Assembly: GCA_030704615.1 (NCBI GenBank)
Contig: CM060731.1
Coordinates: 71,486,001-71,550,000 of the forward strand
DNA from: Takakia lepidozioides
Taxonomy: Eukaryota > Plantae > Bryophyta
Direction of reading: 5' to 3'
Length of the DNA stretch: 64,000 nt
The position numbers and the translations under genes were made by a program. The notes below the pieces were generated by a model. The model was not told where the DNA came from. It made no database searches and was given only the letters and a program-made list of their open reading frames with translations. Position 1 is the stretch's first letter. Each line of letters begins with the position of its first letter. Positions 23,270 through 36,600 of this stretch are shown piece by piece.

Positions 23270-26200
23270 TATTGATAGGTAATGTAAGAACTCAATGCAT
23301 GCGTGCAAAGACGGTCCGTTGGTTTTTGGCACGTCAAATATTCCCCACCCGCTTTCTGAGTGACATGAAACGGAAGGGAGTGCAACTCCACTCAGGGTTA
23401 GACCGGGTTACACAACAGGAGTGTAACTCCACTCGGGGTTACACTAGATTACATGGAAGGCAGTGTAACTCTACTCGGTGTAATTCGCACTTGGTCTCGA
23501 AATTTTGATCAAGTATTAAATGGACTTCCAGGAGTTACACAAGACCCAGGATGACACTACCGAAGGTTACACTAGTTGGAGTTACAGAGACCCAGGGTGC
23601 TGCCACCTATGTGAGGAGTTAAACCCCACATCTTACCACCTACTCTGCAATCACCTTATGAGTAGGCTACTCACCACTGCTTGCAGACCTCTTCATTGTC
23701 GTTGACATCTTCAATGTTGCCCTTTCAATTGGCCTGTGTGGGGGGGGCATCAGACAATGCAAAGAGAACACGCACATTCCATAAGGTCCTGTGGCAACCA
23801 CTTCTCTGGCCAGAAGACTTGGTGACTAGTGACTACCGCCCTTCCCGGTAGGGTCTTGCTAAGGTCGCTCTTCATGGAGTCCAGGGAAACTAATAACATC
23901 CAGGTTTGTTTCACAGGGCTTATCGGGTGGCGGCCATACCTGACTTACAGGATAGATCTGAGAGAAAACATGGAGTTAGTGAGATGGCATTTTTGAGATT
24001 TTTCCTAGCCACGGACTGTTCTCAAGAAACTTTATGATTGACCAGTTTTGCAAATGGCAGCAGGGCTGTAACTATGTTATGATTTCTCATGAGTGCAGAC
24101 TTCCCTGAAAACACAAATTTATCACCTGAGGAGCAGGTTGTACATCCTATCAGCATGACTCTGTAACAGTAAGATAGGTTAAATGTAGTGCGCTGTGAAA
24201 ACTTGTGAAATTATTCCTCACGCCAAGAGAATCGGTTCCATCTGACACTCATCAGAAGCTCTGCTAGCATAGGATCCATTTCAGTCTACACTTCAAACCA
24301 CAGAGTAGAGTGAGGGGACTCTTCTGTCTCTCACATAGACTCCCCGAAACAGATACTAAGACATACTAGAAACCCTGTGCAGGCAGAGGTCCAGACAAGT
24401 CTTCTTTTCTGCACTGCTTTCTCCCCTTGTGCCACCCTGGTTCACCTTGGTTCCGCTGTTCGGTGACAGTTCTACACATAGCACCAGCAGTCTATGTCTA
24501 CATGGTCACATGAGAATAAAAACATCTAAAAAACTCGTCAGTGATTGTATTTACCCTCTCTTGAGCATTTATCTAACCGTGCCACCCGGATACCAATAGA
24601 TATCTGTAGCTTCCAAGGTTTCTTTTAAACCCTACAGCATCGAAGCTATAAGCTATCCCTCCACGACACTGGATATTTTTCCGCATCCACAGCTTTTCCC
24701 ACAGTAGCACCTTGACATTGCCATTGCAAACCAGAGAAATCTTTTAACTGTGGATAGCAGCCTTTGAGAGTGTTAGTGGTAAGGGCCAACCCTGATTTGA
24801 AAGTTTCGTTCAAGCCCTGGAGCTTGACTGTGAGTGCCTGCCAGACTTGTAGATATGATAACGCCTATGTAGCGCTGTTCATGTTCTTGTTGGCGGTACA
24901 AGGTGACAGGCCATCAATTCCAACATTTGTCCCCAAAGCAGGCAGAGGTTTCACTGGCGCTAGTACCTCTCCGTCTCACGTTTGCCACAAAATTTGAAGG
25001 CATACATTGAGCTTACAAGTCCCGTGAGCCCTCCTGTAGATAATCTTGTCCTTGATGCCTTAAAGAACAAAGTATCTTTGTTGAAGCAGCTGGTACTTTG
25101 AGCATGCTATGAAATTGTATGAGGCATGTCGATCCTTGTGACAGGCCATGACCTCAGGGAACCATCCACACAGCACATGACTTTCGAAGCCTTACCAGTG
25201 TCCTATACATCCAGCCAGACAAATATCTCTAATAACAAGATCAGGGATGGATATCTCGTGTAAAGTTTCTAAGTGGTGGCAAGCAATTTCTCATGGTAAT
25301 ACTACATGCACCATTTTACATACAGGGTAAGCGCCACTTACTCCAGAGTTTCATACTATCTACAAAGGTCGGTTCGTGTACTGCTCATGCTTTAACAAAA
25401 TAAATTTAGACGGTGTTGAAGGGATGCCAGACCATGCAGATAAGCAACCGGGGAAGAAATCAACCTGGAAGACAGAATGGACATGGTATAGAAGCTTCGT
25501 AGAGCACACTGAGACATCGAGAAAAACATTCCCAGTGAAGCCCTCCTTCCTTAACTGCTCAGCACCTTGTACGTTTCGAAGGCCACCTTGCAAGGTAGTT
25601 GTGAATATACTGATATCGCAGACGGCGTGAGCGTTGGCCTGCGTGCAATTGCAGCGGACTGTCTCTAAGGCACTCTCATCATGCTGCAGCAGCGCCTTAC
25701 GAAACTTCTCCTACAGCGCGGTCTTCATCCACATTTCCACACACGACAGGCTACTGATACCTTTGTTTGTTATACGTTCTTCTTCCATAAACCTGCTGAC
25801 ATGATAAAAAGTTGGTTTTTCACCGTTTTGTCTTTCTTCTCTCCATACTCTCACTATAGAATACCACAAACTCATGCAAATTGTCTTCCCGGCCCTTCAT
25901 CCCTCCCTTCGTCTCAACACCCTCGTTTTCTCTTATTTCAGAACAGAAATACGACTTCACACTCGGCCTCTTCCTACAGCTTCGACTCGTGCAAGAGCCT
26001 CTGGCGCCGATTGTGCTCAGGACATTCGATGGCGATGCCCGCCTCTCTCAATTGGAAACATCCAAGCGACTCTAATTTCCGAAAAAGTTTACGATCTGTG
26101 CACTAGCTGAATTGCTCTGCAAATGAGACGCTCAGCTTCGCACATCGTGTACAACGCGGTGTAAGAGAGAGGCTGCAAAGCTGGCTCGAGGCAAGTCATC

Positions 26201-27616
26201 ACTATGCTGTTGAAATAAATGTCCACTTGCGCCCACAGCAACAGCATTCCCAGCACGTCCATGATATCTCTGCTCCGTCTCTAATAATAATTCCTATCCC
26301 TCTCCGTCCTCCCCTTCCTCCTCCTTCCTGCGCCAGAGCTGTTCCTCTGCACTCACCAATCACACATCACGAGTGCGCTCAGGTTAACTATGGTTGACAT
26401 GGGTGGGTTAGCGTGCACCAATGCCCGCCCAGGCGGAAATATACGTAGTGCCCGCCCATTGAAATATCACCATTCGATCCTTTTTTTTCACGGTGAGGAT
26501 CTTCTACTTCTCAAATACACCATGGTAGATGTATTCGTATTTATTCACATAAACACAAGCGCCATAACGGACGGTTTCACGGACATCCGTACAGGATCGG
26601 ACGGCTCAAATGTCTGCTGTACAAGATTGAGGTTGCCTGCACGGTCATAGGTGCGTCTACGTTGTCTGAATCAGAAGGTGCATGTGCATGCACGGGCATG
26701 GGTGGCCGCGTACAGCAGGGAGCATTCTGGCGGTTATGGCGTCCGGGTGTGAGGAGGTTGCATCTTGGCGCTCTCTCTCGCCCTAGCGTGCGAGAGAGAA
26801 GGCCGGTTCTCACAGCTTCAGGCTAATAAGGGAGAACACTCTGGAGTGGAGGATGCAAGGAAGGGGAGCATCAGGATTGAATTGACATGTTGGAGGAGGT
26901 TTTGTTACATTGTTATCGGAAAAGTATTGTAGTTTTTGTGCCGAGGCGGAGCGTGGAGATGATAGTTTGGCATTGTGATTTGGTGGAGCTCGTCATCGAC
27001 AATCCTTCTTCGCGGAAAGTGCGCGCCATTTGTTGTTAGTATTTTTCTAACAGAGGCATTGGAGGTGAGTGTTGTTCTGTGCCAACTCAGAACGATGATG
27101 CTTGAATGCTAGTAGAGAACTTTTTAATAAAAAGGCGTAATTTTCCGCATTGCCAGAGTAGGCGCCTGCCAATCCCAGATGGCTGCAGGCCATCCTGGAC
27201 CGTCGTAGACTTACAAGAAGCAGAGCTTTGCATTGCAACTTCCAGGAGCGGTCCAAGTTTTCCTCAGCGATACTTGAGCCAAGAGTATGAGCATGGTTTT
27301 CTCACACTATTGTTTGTCATGACTGAATTGTGTGTCCGTCCGAATAGAGACGCTCCCCGTGTGTAATTGTAATTATAATTCCAGGCCAAATATACTCTGA
27401 AAGAAAGGATGTATTAGACACAACAATTACTCTTTTGTGACTATAATTGAAGATTACCTGATATGATGCCAGGAGAAGTACGAATCACTATTTCTTGGAT
27501 TTGGATTTTACTGGAGCCGGTCCCAGAGCAAGCAGAAGCCGCACATGCGTGACAGGGTGAATCTCTCAGCCATAAGATGCAAATAATGCCTTGGCTCTGA
27601 AATCAGCCTCTAATAC

Positions 27617-30600
27617 ATGGGGGAGTGTGGCAGAATGCAAAGCCTAAGCTATGCAACGTCGGTCGCAGATGACATGTCAGTGGCTCGTGACATTGCAAGG
27701 CGGTTTGAGCAGCTTGAGACCCAGGTGAGGTTGCTTAGTATTTTGCAAGCACACAGCACGAATGACATAACTTTCCTCCTTTCTTCTGTCAGCTACACCC
27801 TGTCTTTGCCTAGCCTGAAGGGTTTACATACCCTCAGAACTCGACTGAAGTTTGAACTCGTGCGGGGTGTCTACCTTTGAACAAAAGACAGTTTCGGAGA
27901 GGAAAGGGAGATTGTCAATCCCTGATGTACGGGCGGCCTGAGGACAATATCCATTTTCTGATACCATGTCCAGGGTATTCTCATCAGCGAGCGACCCCCT
28001 TCAGGGCCATCAAGAACATGATGTCCCTGCACCTCTGTCTAGTGATGTGTGCCTCATTCTAGCTCAATGGGTACTTTGTGAAGGGTGTTAATGATGTTTC
28101 TGTTGCAGGTCTTCACTAATGTACCCATGAGGCAAGCAACTCTCCACGCAAGCTAGCAGTATTGGACTGCCAGTGCTCACATAGAATCCATCTTATCTGA
28201 GTAGTATATGAGATTTGTCCAAATGCAGGAAACTGTATCAAAGTCACTCAATGCCTGTTGTGTTGTGTTGTGTTGTGTTGTGACAGTGGTTGAGTTTCCA
28301 GAAGAAGTCTGCAAAATGGGAACCAGATAAGGACACATTGCGAAAGGTGACAGGCAGCTTGCCACGTAGCCGCTTGCAAGACCATCCAGTTCCATCACCA
28401 GCATCCTCTTATTCCAACCCTTTATTCACAAACCACTCGTCTCTTAGGTCCTCTTGCATTGGGGAGAAGGCTTCATCGGCTTCCAGTAGGACAGGCAGCC
28501 CTTATGCTACTGCCTTGTCAAAGTCTGACAGACTGAGCTTCAGTACACGCCATAAACCTAAAGCACTTTCCACATCTGAGCAAGATGGGAATGTGAGCAA
28601 AGATGACAACTCGTCATCTCAAGTCTCTCCTTTGGAGGCCCAATCGACGCATTCTACACCTCTGGTTAGCTCCCCTCCCACCGCTGATGCAAAGCCCTCC
28701 AAGTCTTTACAATTGTCACCTCCCTTTGATGATGTTTCTGTTGAATATTCTAAGCCCAAAATTCCAGCATTTTACTATGACAAGCCTTCCCTTAGTCCTA
28801 CAACTGCTGCTTTGAAATGTTCTACAGGCAATGAACAGCATGTCAGTACGTCATTGTCCAGATTATCATCACTAACTGAGTCCAGAAAAGGCTGTGAAAG
28901 GAATCTTTCTCTTCAAGGCGATGTGATGGAAACTTGTCCACCACATCCCTCTTCGCAGGGAAAGGTACCGTCAAGAGAGTATGCAGGCCACCAGGGTGGT
29001 TTGGTTGAGAGCTTCACTGGAGCTCTTTCCACATCCAAGCCTGCAGCTTCAGATCCTGCAACCTATTCTTCGGGTAAGGGGCCTCCTGGATTGCAGATAT
29101 CATCTGTCTTTGACCAGTTGGAACAAACAGATGGTGCACACTGTGATCACCATCAACCCTGCCCCTCAAGATCTCCCCCCCCATGTACCTCCAGAACTTC
29201 CACGACTGAGACCGAGTTGCAGTTGGACACATTGTCCTATGCAGGAGGCCTGTCAAGGTGTGTTCCCTTTGCTCTTTGTACTTGCAGCTTTCTACTTAAC
29301 CCTTCTTTTGACAGGCATTACTATTGGATTCATCCACTTTGGTTCTGGGCTGACGTGTGAGCACCTGCTGGTGAAAATTTCTCATTGCACTGTTTAGAAT
29401 TCTAGGCCTGTCTCTCACTATGACTTTTTCTGGGATGTTTAGTTACTGTGGGAAGCAGGAAGGAAAATTGTATGACTGGAGGATACTGCTATGTTGTTTA
29501 TACCTTCATGTTAAAAAGATACTCAACTTACATGATTAGATAATGCATAGGCTTTTGACAGAGAGGAAGAAATGAAAGAAATCTATTACGTCCGTGGGGT
29601 GCCTGCAAAAAGATGAAAATAACATCACTGGAGACCCAAAGTGCCTACATGGGACAAAACCCAGTTTGAAATGAGATCTCCAAAGCCAAAACGACACTGA
29701 GAGTTCTGCGAGGGATGGATAGAGAAAGATTGAATAAGAAGAATCTTGGTATGTCCATCGGAAGATAAGATCTTTTGGCTCAAGAGTGGAACAAACAACA
29801 ACATGAAGGGCTTAACGGACCAAAACAGAAAAAGAATGTACTCTTATGACGTTTTCCGTAGCCTTGTGGCCATAGTCCAGCCAGTTTGGGTGGAGCAAGA
29901 GGGAACAGACACTACCGTTGCGAGGGGCTCACTCCAGTAGTGCGACTTACCTTGATATAAACAATGAGGTCGGGCTTGGCCAGGGCTTTAGGCTCAGCCC
30001 CAAGCTGGTGAACAGAGCTGCAGGGACTATGTTCTTGATGGTCCTGAAGAGGTCACTCTCTGATGAGAAGACCGCGGACCTGTATCAGAAAGCAAGAAAG
30101 AGAAATGAAATGAAATGGTATGGTGCTTTATAGTGTCCGCGGAAAGCTCAAAGAGCTTATCTGACAAAGAAATAACAAAGAGAATGTACTCATAAGATGT
30201 TGTTTGCCATAGCCTTGTGGCCATTGACCCCGCGCTCAGTTTGAGCGGAACACAAAGGGACAGAAACTACCTTTGTCAGGGGCTGACGCTGGTAGTATGA
30301 CATACCTTGGAACAGACAATTAATCCGAGTTTTCCAGATAACCTCTAGAAATCCCTTCACACAAGCATCAATCTGCTGTGTGTGGTTTGCCCAATAACTA
30401 GTCCCCAAAAGGGCCTGGGCTTTTGGCTCAGCCTCCAGTTGGTGAACAGAGGTTCAGGGACAAATCCCTTGACAATTTGAAGAGGGCGTCTCTCTCGTGA
30501 GAGTACCCAGGACAATGAATCATAAAATGAATTTTGTCTTCAGGTTTGCCCACACAACGGGCAATTGCAATCCCTCTTTCCTCTCTGCAACTGTTTGCTG

Positions 30601-33600
30601 TTCAAAGGTAGGCCTCCCACCCTGAGTTTAAATTTCAGTCTAGTGCCAAGGGTGGGTAAACCCTTGAGGTCATCCATGATGGCCTCTCCCATGTCACAGA
30701 TTGGAAACAAGTTCAGGGAAGTTTTCTGCCTAACTTCATTTTCATCAGACAATCTCCTGGCAACGGACATGGCTTTGGACACTACAGCCTCTAAGTCAGA
30801 TTTACCCAGGAGGGTCAAAACTTGCGGGCTAAGATTCAGATCCTTGAGAATCTCTTCTAATCTCTTCCGCCAGGACTAAGACTGTTTGACAGGGCGATCC
30901 TGCTTCCAAGATGTAGAGTCGATTAACTTAGGATATCTGATATTAGACATATGTTGCAGCTGACCCCACCATCTGACCTTGAATTCATCTCATCAATGCT
31001 TAAGGAAGGGATGCCAAACTCACCCCGAACAGCCATGTTGGCTGTTTTGGATCAGCCTGACATGCACTCCTTAGGCACCCCCACTTGATTGGATTCTAGA
31101 GCCTTAGCTTGGTTGGAGTTATCAACCCATATTGCAGCCTCACAGGGCAGTTAAGCGAAGAAAGGTAGGACTAGAAGACGCAGTCAAGTCTCTAGGACCG
31201 GGATTGTATGAATGCGAGTCTGATGCAGACTGCATCGCCTGGTTGTTCGGAGAAAACCAAGGCAGGGAAGTGATGGTACACTTGGTATCAACCGAGGCAC
31301 TTCCGGAGTTCGAGTCATTGACCGAAATTTTTTCCATATCTGCCGAACGGGTTGGTCTGCAGGAACAGGAGATTCCTCAGGAGGAAAACGGCGAGATTCT
31401 GGACATGAGAATTGTAGAGGATGTCGACAAGAAATGACATGGTACTTTATAACGTCCGTGGAAAGCTCAAGCTCAAAGAGCTTAAAAAGAGAGAGAAGAA
31501 AAGAGAGAGCCACAAGCAGTTATTGCTCAAGGGTTTGTATAAGAGTGAATGCCTCATGCAGGTAAGCCGCCGAGCATTTCTGCTCCTCATAATGGAAGAC
31601 CTTCGTAAGAGATTGGGTATCCCAGAATAGACACCCCAGAATAGACAGTTGAGTCTCCCATGGATCAGGAGGGCTTGAAACCAGCAGTTTTGAGCCTGAT
31701 GGATGGTGTGAGGGCCTGAGCTGTAAGCCCTGGAAGGGCTTCAAAAGTGTTAGAAAGATTGTAAGCCAGAAGCTGGCCTCGGTTTGAAGTGCAAATTCCG
31801 CACATAAGAATTTGTGATGGTGTTGTAGCTCCAAGCATTCCTTGGAGGACAGACTATTGCAGCGGCTCCAGGTTTCTCTCCCACCAGGTTGCCGAGAACT
31901 CACAGCCGTAAGTGGCAGCAGGGTTGACAACCGAGTTGAAACGCCACTTTTTGGTGAGGGGGTGCCGCAGGTTAATTTGTTTGCATATAGCCTGATAAAA
32001 ATAATATAGTATGGGACAAGAGATTGTACTCATAAGACGTTGTTTGCCGTAGCCTTATGGGACAAGAGAAACCAAGAAACAAGGGAAAAAGTGCAAAAAG
32101 AAGCCCAACACCTAGTCTAGAGGGAAAAGAATTTTATATTGCCACGGCACTTTATGGGAAGAGACAATTGAACAGAATAGTGGGGGCCAAACAAACCACC
32201 ACCACAACCATAACATCACCATTCAACCTCGAGTTCTTCCCTTGGTTGTAGAGCCTTGTGTAAATATGCTGCAAGGCATCTCTGCTCCTCACGATGGAAA
32301 ACATCTGAGCCAAAAAAGATTGTACTCATAAGACGTTGTTTGCCGTAGCCTTGTGGCCATTGACCCCGCGCCCAGTTTGAGCGGGAACAAAAGGGACAGA
32401 ACCTACCTCTGTCAGGGGCTGACGTTGGTAGTAAGACTTACCTCCATATATAGAATTAATCCGGGTTTTCCAGATATCCTCTAGAAATCCCTTCACACAA
32501 GCATCAATCTGCTGTGTGTGATTTGCCCAAAAACTAGGCCTCAGGAGGGCCTGGGCTTTTTGCTCAGCCTCGAGACTTTCAAAGTTGGTAAACAGGGGTA
32601 CAGGCACAATTCCCTTAATAGATTTGAAGAGAGCGTCTCTTTGGTGAGAGAACCCCGGACAGTGTATCAGAAAATGAATACTGTCTTCAGATTGCCCACA
32701 CAATGGGCAATTGCACTCTCCCTTTCCTCTCTGCTTCTGTTTGCTGTTCAAAGGTAGGCTTCCTGCCCTGAGTTTAAATTTCAGTCAAAAAAGAGAGAGG
32801 AAGAAAGGAAGAAGGAACTTTTAAACATTCACAGGAGCTCAAATAGTTTGAGACAAGAAAGCACTAGAAAGTGTCTTTGTGCTCATGAGCCTCTGCTTGC
32901 TGTAGCATCTGTCTGTGGACCCTGCACCTGGTCTGCACGGGAGCAGGAAGGAAGAGAGCAGAATGCTCGATAGAACTATCAGATGGAGTTCTCCTGACGC
33001 ATACATCACTGCCTTCTTCAAAACCTTTGATCTATGTATCTGGCCTTTCAAATTGCATTGTGGACCATGTGCAGGAGTGTATCGTGGCGAGTACTTGCAG
33101 ATCGGGGCATTTTGTCAGAGGGTTTCCTCCCTCAGAAAGTTCTTCCCTCTGAGGTTAGTTTTCCCCCATCCTCTCTTCTGCTATTGGATGAAAGCTATCA
33201 CCCTTGTTAGTGTTGCCTGCCAAACAAAACTTGTAATTAAGAGGTGTGGTTCTGTGGTGCACTTGTAGCATTTCCCAAATGTAATACTTGAGTCCTCATC
33301 CCCTTGGAATCCTTGACAACAAGAGATATAGTTCGTCCTTCCTTTGATGTATTGTGTTCATGAAAGATACCCACATGTTGAGTTTGAGACCTTGCTTTCA
33401 TAGCTCAGTGTTCTGCTTCACATGGATCAAATTCGTTGGTTGAAGCTCCAATTTACTGTGCAGATTGGCTCAGAGGTGAGCAGAATTCAATCACAACAGA
33501 TTGCAGGATTGGATGCAACAGATCTGCCCTCAAAGAAGGAGAATGTATTGAAGTTAGAAGTTCAGATCGACAAGAAGGATGTCTCTGAGATGGAGAATCT

Positions 33601-36600
33601 AAAGCTGGGCGAGAGACTTGGCAGGGTTTGTTTCATCTGCTTTAAGTCACGGAAAGGAGCTTGCGATGACTGTAATTTACCTTTATCTGGAGCAACTTAA
33701 GATTGTCAGACAGTGATAGTATTTGGCACTCTTAACATCTCGATGTTTTCTTTTGGGGAAGATTGCAAAATTATAAGCACCTGGGCCTGCATGCTTAATA
33801 CCAGTGCTCCAAATCGGCCTCCAATTCCTCACCAAGAGATTCCAGAATCCAGGTTTTTTGTCAGGTCCATCGTTATACAGCTGGATTTGTTTCTGAACAT
33901 GGGGACAGTACGACAGTGCCTACATGATTCTACTTGTAAAGTTTCAAAGGCTATGCAGATATCTGGGTCTTCCAGGGAAGGCCTTAGTTTCAAGTAACTG
34001 CTGTGAGGACTTGTGACGAGAACTTGATCAGGCTACGATGACCCAAGCAGACCAATTTATACCGGAGAGTTAAGATGATACAGAGCATAGTACAGCCTTT
34101 ACTCTACTTATAGCCCAACCTCTCTCATTAATCTTCTAGGATAATGAAGGTGAGTTTGACATGCAGGTGAATTGGGAGTTAAGACTATCCAAGAGGGAGG
34201 CAGCTCTAAGAATTGCGGAAGAGAGACTACTGGAGGAGCAACAGAAGCTCTCTGAAACACAGCTTTCAGTTGCTAGATGTGAGGAGGCTTTGTTACAGCG
34301 GGAGCAGGCCATTAAGCATGATAAAGAGGTGAAGACTCTCCAAAAAGGGCAATCTAGGCTAGAAGTATCACGTGGCTTGTTCTGATTTTCCAAATGCTTG
34401 GAAGTCATGTGTGTGGGGTGGTCCCATGCTGATTCTTAGGTTGCAGCTGTGGGCTACAGATACACCATCTTGTCTAAGTACATCTATCAGAACTTAGGTC
34501 CATTCTTGACAATTTCATGCAATGGAGTAAGACTATCTGTTGCTAAGCTTTTTGGGGCTCTAAGTAGCTTTTACTTGATGGATGGTGAGATCCCTTGGAA
34601 ATTGTCTAACTTGCAGGCCTCTTTTAAGGTGTTACAGCAGCACAAAGGTGAAATGGCAGAGACAGTTAAGTCTATGGAGACAGGGAAGGCAGTTATGAAG
34701 AAGCTGCGTGCAGCCTTGAAGGAGGTGCTACTGCAATTGGAACAAAAAGAAAAAGTGCTACAAAGTGCTTGGGTTGAGGTTAGTGACTCAAGTGACACTG
34801 GGTCACTGGTTAGAAATCACTCTTTTGGTTTTGAGCCAGATCTATCAGCAAGGATTAAAAAAACTGCCAGTTTTGATGGGGTTTCATTGCTGGCCGCCGA
34901 AGGCAAGTGTGAAGAATGGTGTACAACTGTAATTGGTATATGTGAGCGTCTGGTTGCCTTTATGGGGCGAGAGACCCACCTCCAAAAGTGGGCTATTATA
35001 TTAGAGAGAGAAGGGGTACGGATGTCCAAAATGGAGGAAGAGATGGCCAAAGCCAAGGAAGCTGCCACTGAGCGATCTGCAAGAGCAGAAGCCATGATAC
35101 TGTCTGCAAAGGAGCAAACCTCCAGGGTGGAAGACGAAAGTGTCAAGCTGGCCCAGGAGCGTGAGAGCCTGGTTCTTTGGGTCACCCATCTGCAGGAACG
35201 CCGCAAGGTGCTTGCCTAATGCTTGTGCCATTTTGCTTTATCTGTGTGCTGATTGCTGACTGGTTTTGCTACATCCTCATGTTAGAGAAGTGAAAACTGA
35301 GAGATTTGCAAGAGAAATGAAATAATACTTTATAACATCGATGGAAAGTTGAGAGAGCTTATGGGACAAGAGTAGTGGGAACACCTCATTGAAGAAAGAG
35401 ACTGTAAAACTTCTTGATTCGGTTCCTCGAGACCTTCTTTTCCAACGGCTCCATAGGATGGGAGTAACTCCGGACATCATATATGCCATCTTACCCATGT
35501 ATGAGATTGTCATTGGCATGGTCAACGTCCGGGGGGAATTCTCAGCAGAGGTGCATAGCAAGATTGGTCAAACAGGGCTGCCCCCTCTCACCTACCCTTT
35601 TTGGATCTACATTGATGCTTTGGAGGGTTACATCTCAAAAAATCATGGAGTTCAGGTGCTGTTGGATGGGGGACCAATGCAATCAGCACTCCTCTATGCT
35701 GATGATGCTGCCCTCTTGGCACAATCTCCTGTCTTCCTACAACGCCATCTTCGCATCTTGGAAGAGTTCTCCAAAGACTATGGGTTGCAGGTCAATCTTA
35801 GCAAAACTAGGATCATGGTTTCCAATGGCCAGGTGGACCACAGATTCATCTTCAACCAACAGGAGATTGCGATTGTCAAATCATACCAATACCTGGGTCT
35901 GGTTATCCAGTCTCCCAGATTCCAGTTTGCATCGACCGCCCTGGACAGATTGAGAAAGGGCAAGGCTGCCTCCATCCGCCTTCAGGCCAAATGCAAACAG
36001 ACACATCTGCACCACCCCCCAACCAAAAAGTGGCTATTTGACAGCGTTGTCACCCCGGCCGCCACCTATGGTTGGTGTCCCAGTTTCGTGGTGGGAAAAT
36101 AATCTGGAACCGTTGCAGTCATCTTTTCTCCAAGCAGGGCTTGGCGCCAGAGGCACAACTCCATCTCACATCCTATGTGCAGAGTGCCACTTCAAACCGA
36201 GGCCCTCTTCCGGCTTACAATCTTTCTTAGAAGCTTACAAGCCCTTCCACCCAAGGGGCTCGTGGCAAGAGCCCTCGCAACATCTATTAGGCCCAAAACA
36301 GCAGGTTTCAAGCACTCCTGGTATGCTTGAGTGTGCAGTTTTTTTTGAGCGCAATGGACTCTCTATTGCTTTGCTATTGCCACAAAATCCAGAAGGTGGA
36401 AATCACATCCAAACAGTATGGCAACAGACTCATTAGAAGAGAACTTATGGAACTACCTGTCAGGAGAACTTGGAAGCTACCCAATCCCCAACAAAACTCC
36501 ATTTCGAGAGACATTCTTAGTTCTCCGTGGTGATAGAATTTTGTGGCCCAATTACACTTCAGGCTGCCAGCACATAGGGCAATTACAATCTCCTTTTCCT

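Noticed and set aside
18095-23508. Many short ORFs in the Helitron array
   Set aside because: Translations of repetitive non-coding modules with no recognisable domains.
28109-28131. Possible 23-nt micro-exon
   Set aside because: It would break the frame between the phase-0 flanking exons.
31132-31437. Acidic 101-aa ORF as a host exon
   Set aside because: Not needed for the phase-consistent exon chain and wedged between LINE fragments. Its weak LTEIFS similarity to 37383-37595 is too short to interpret.
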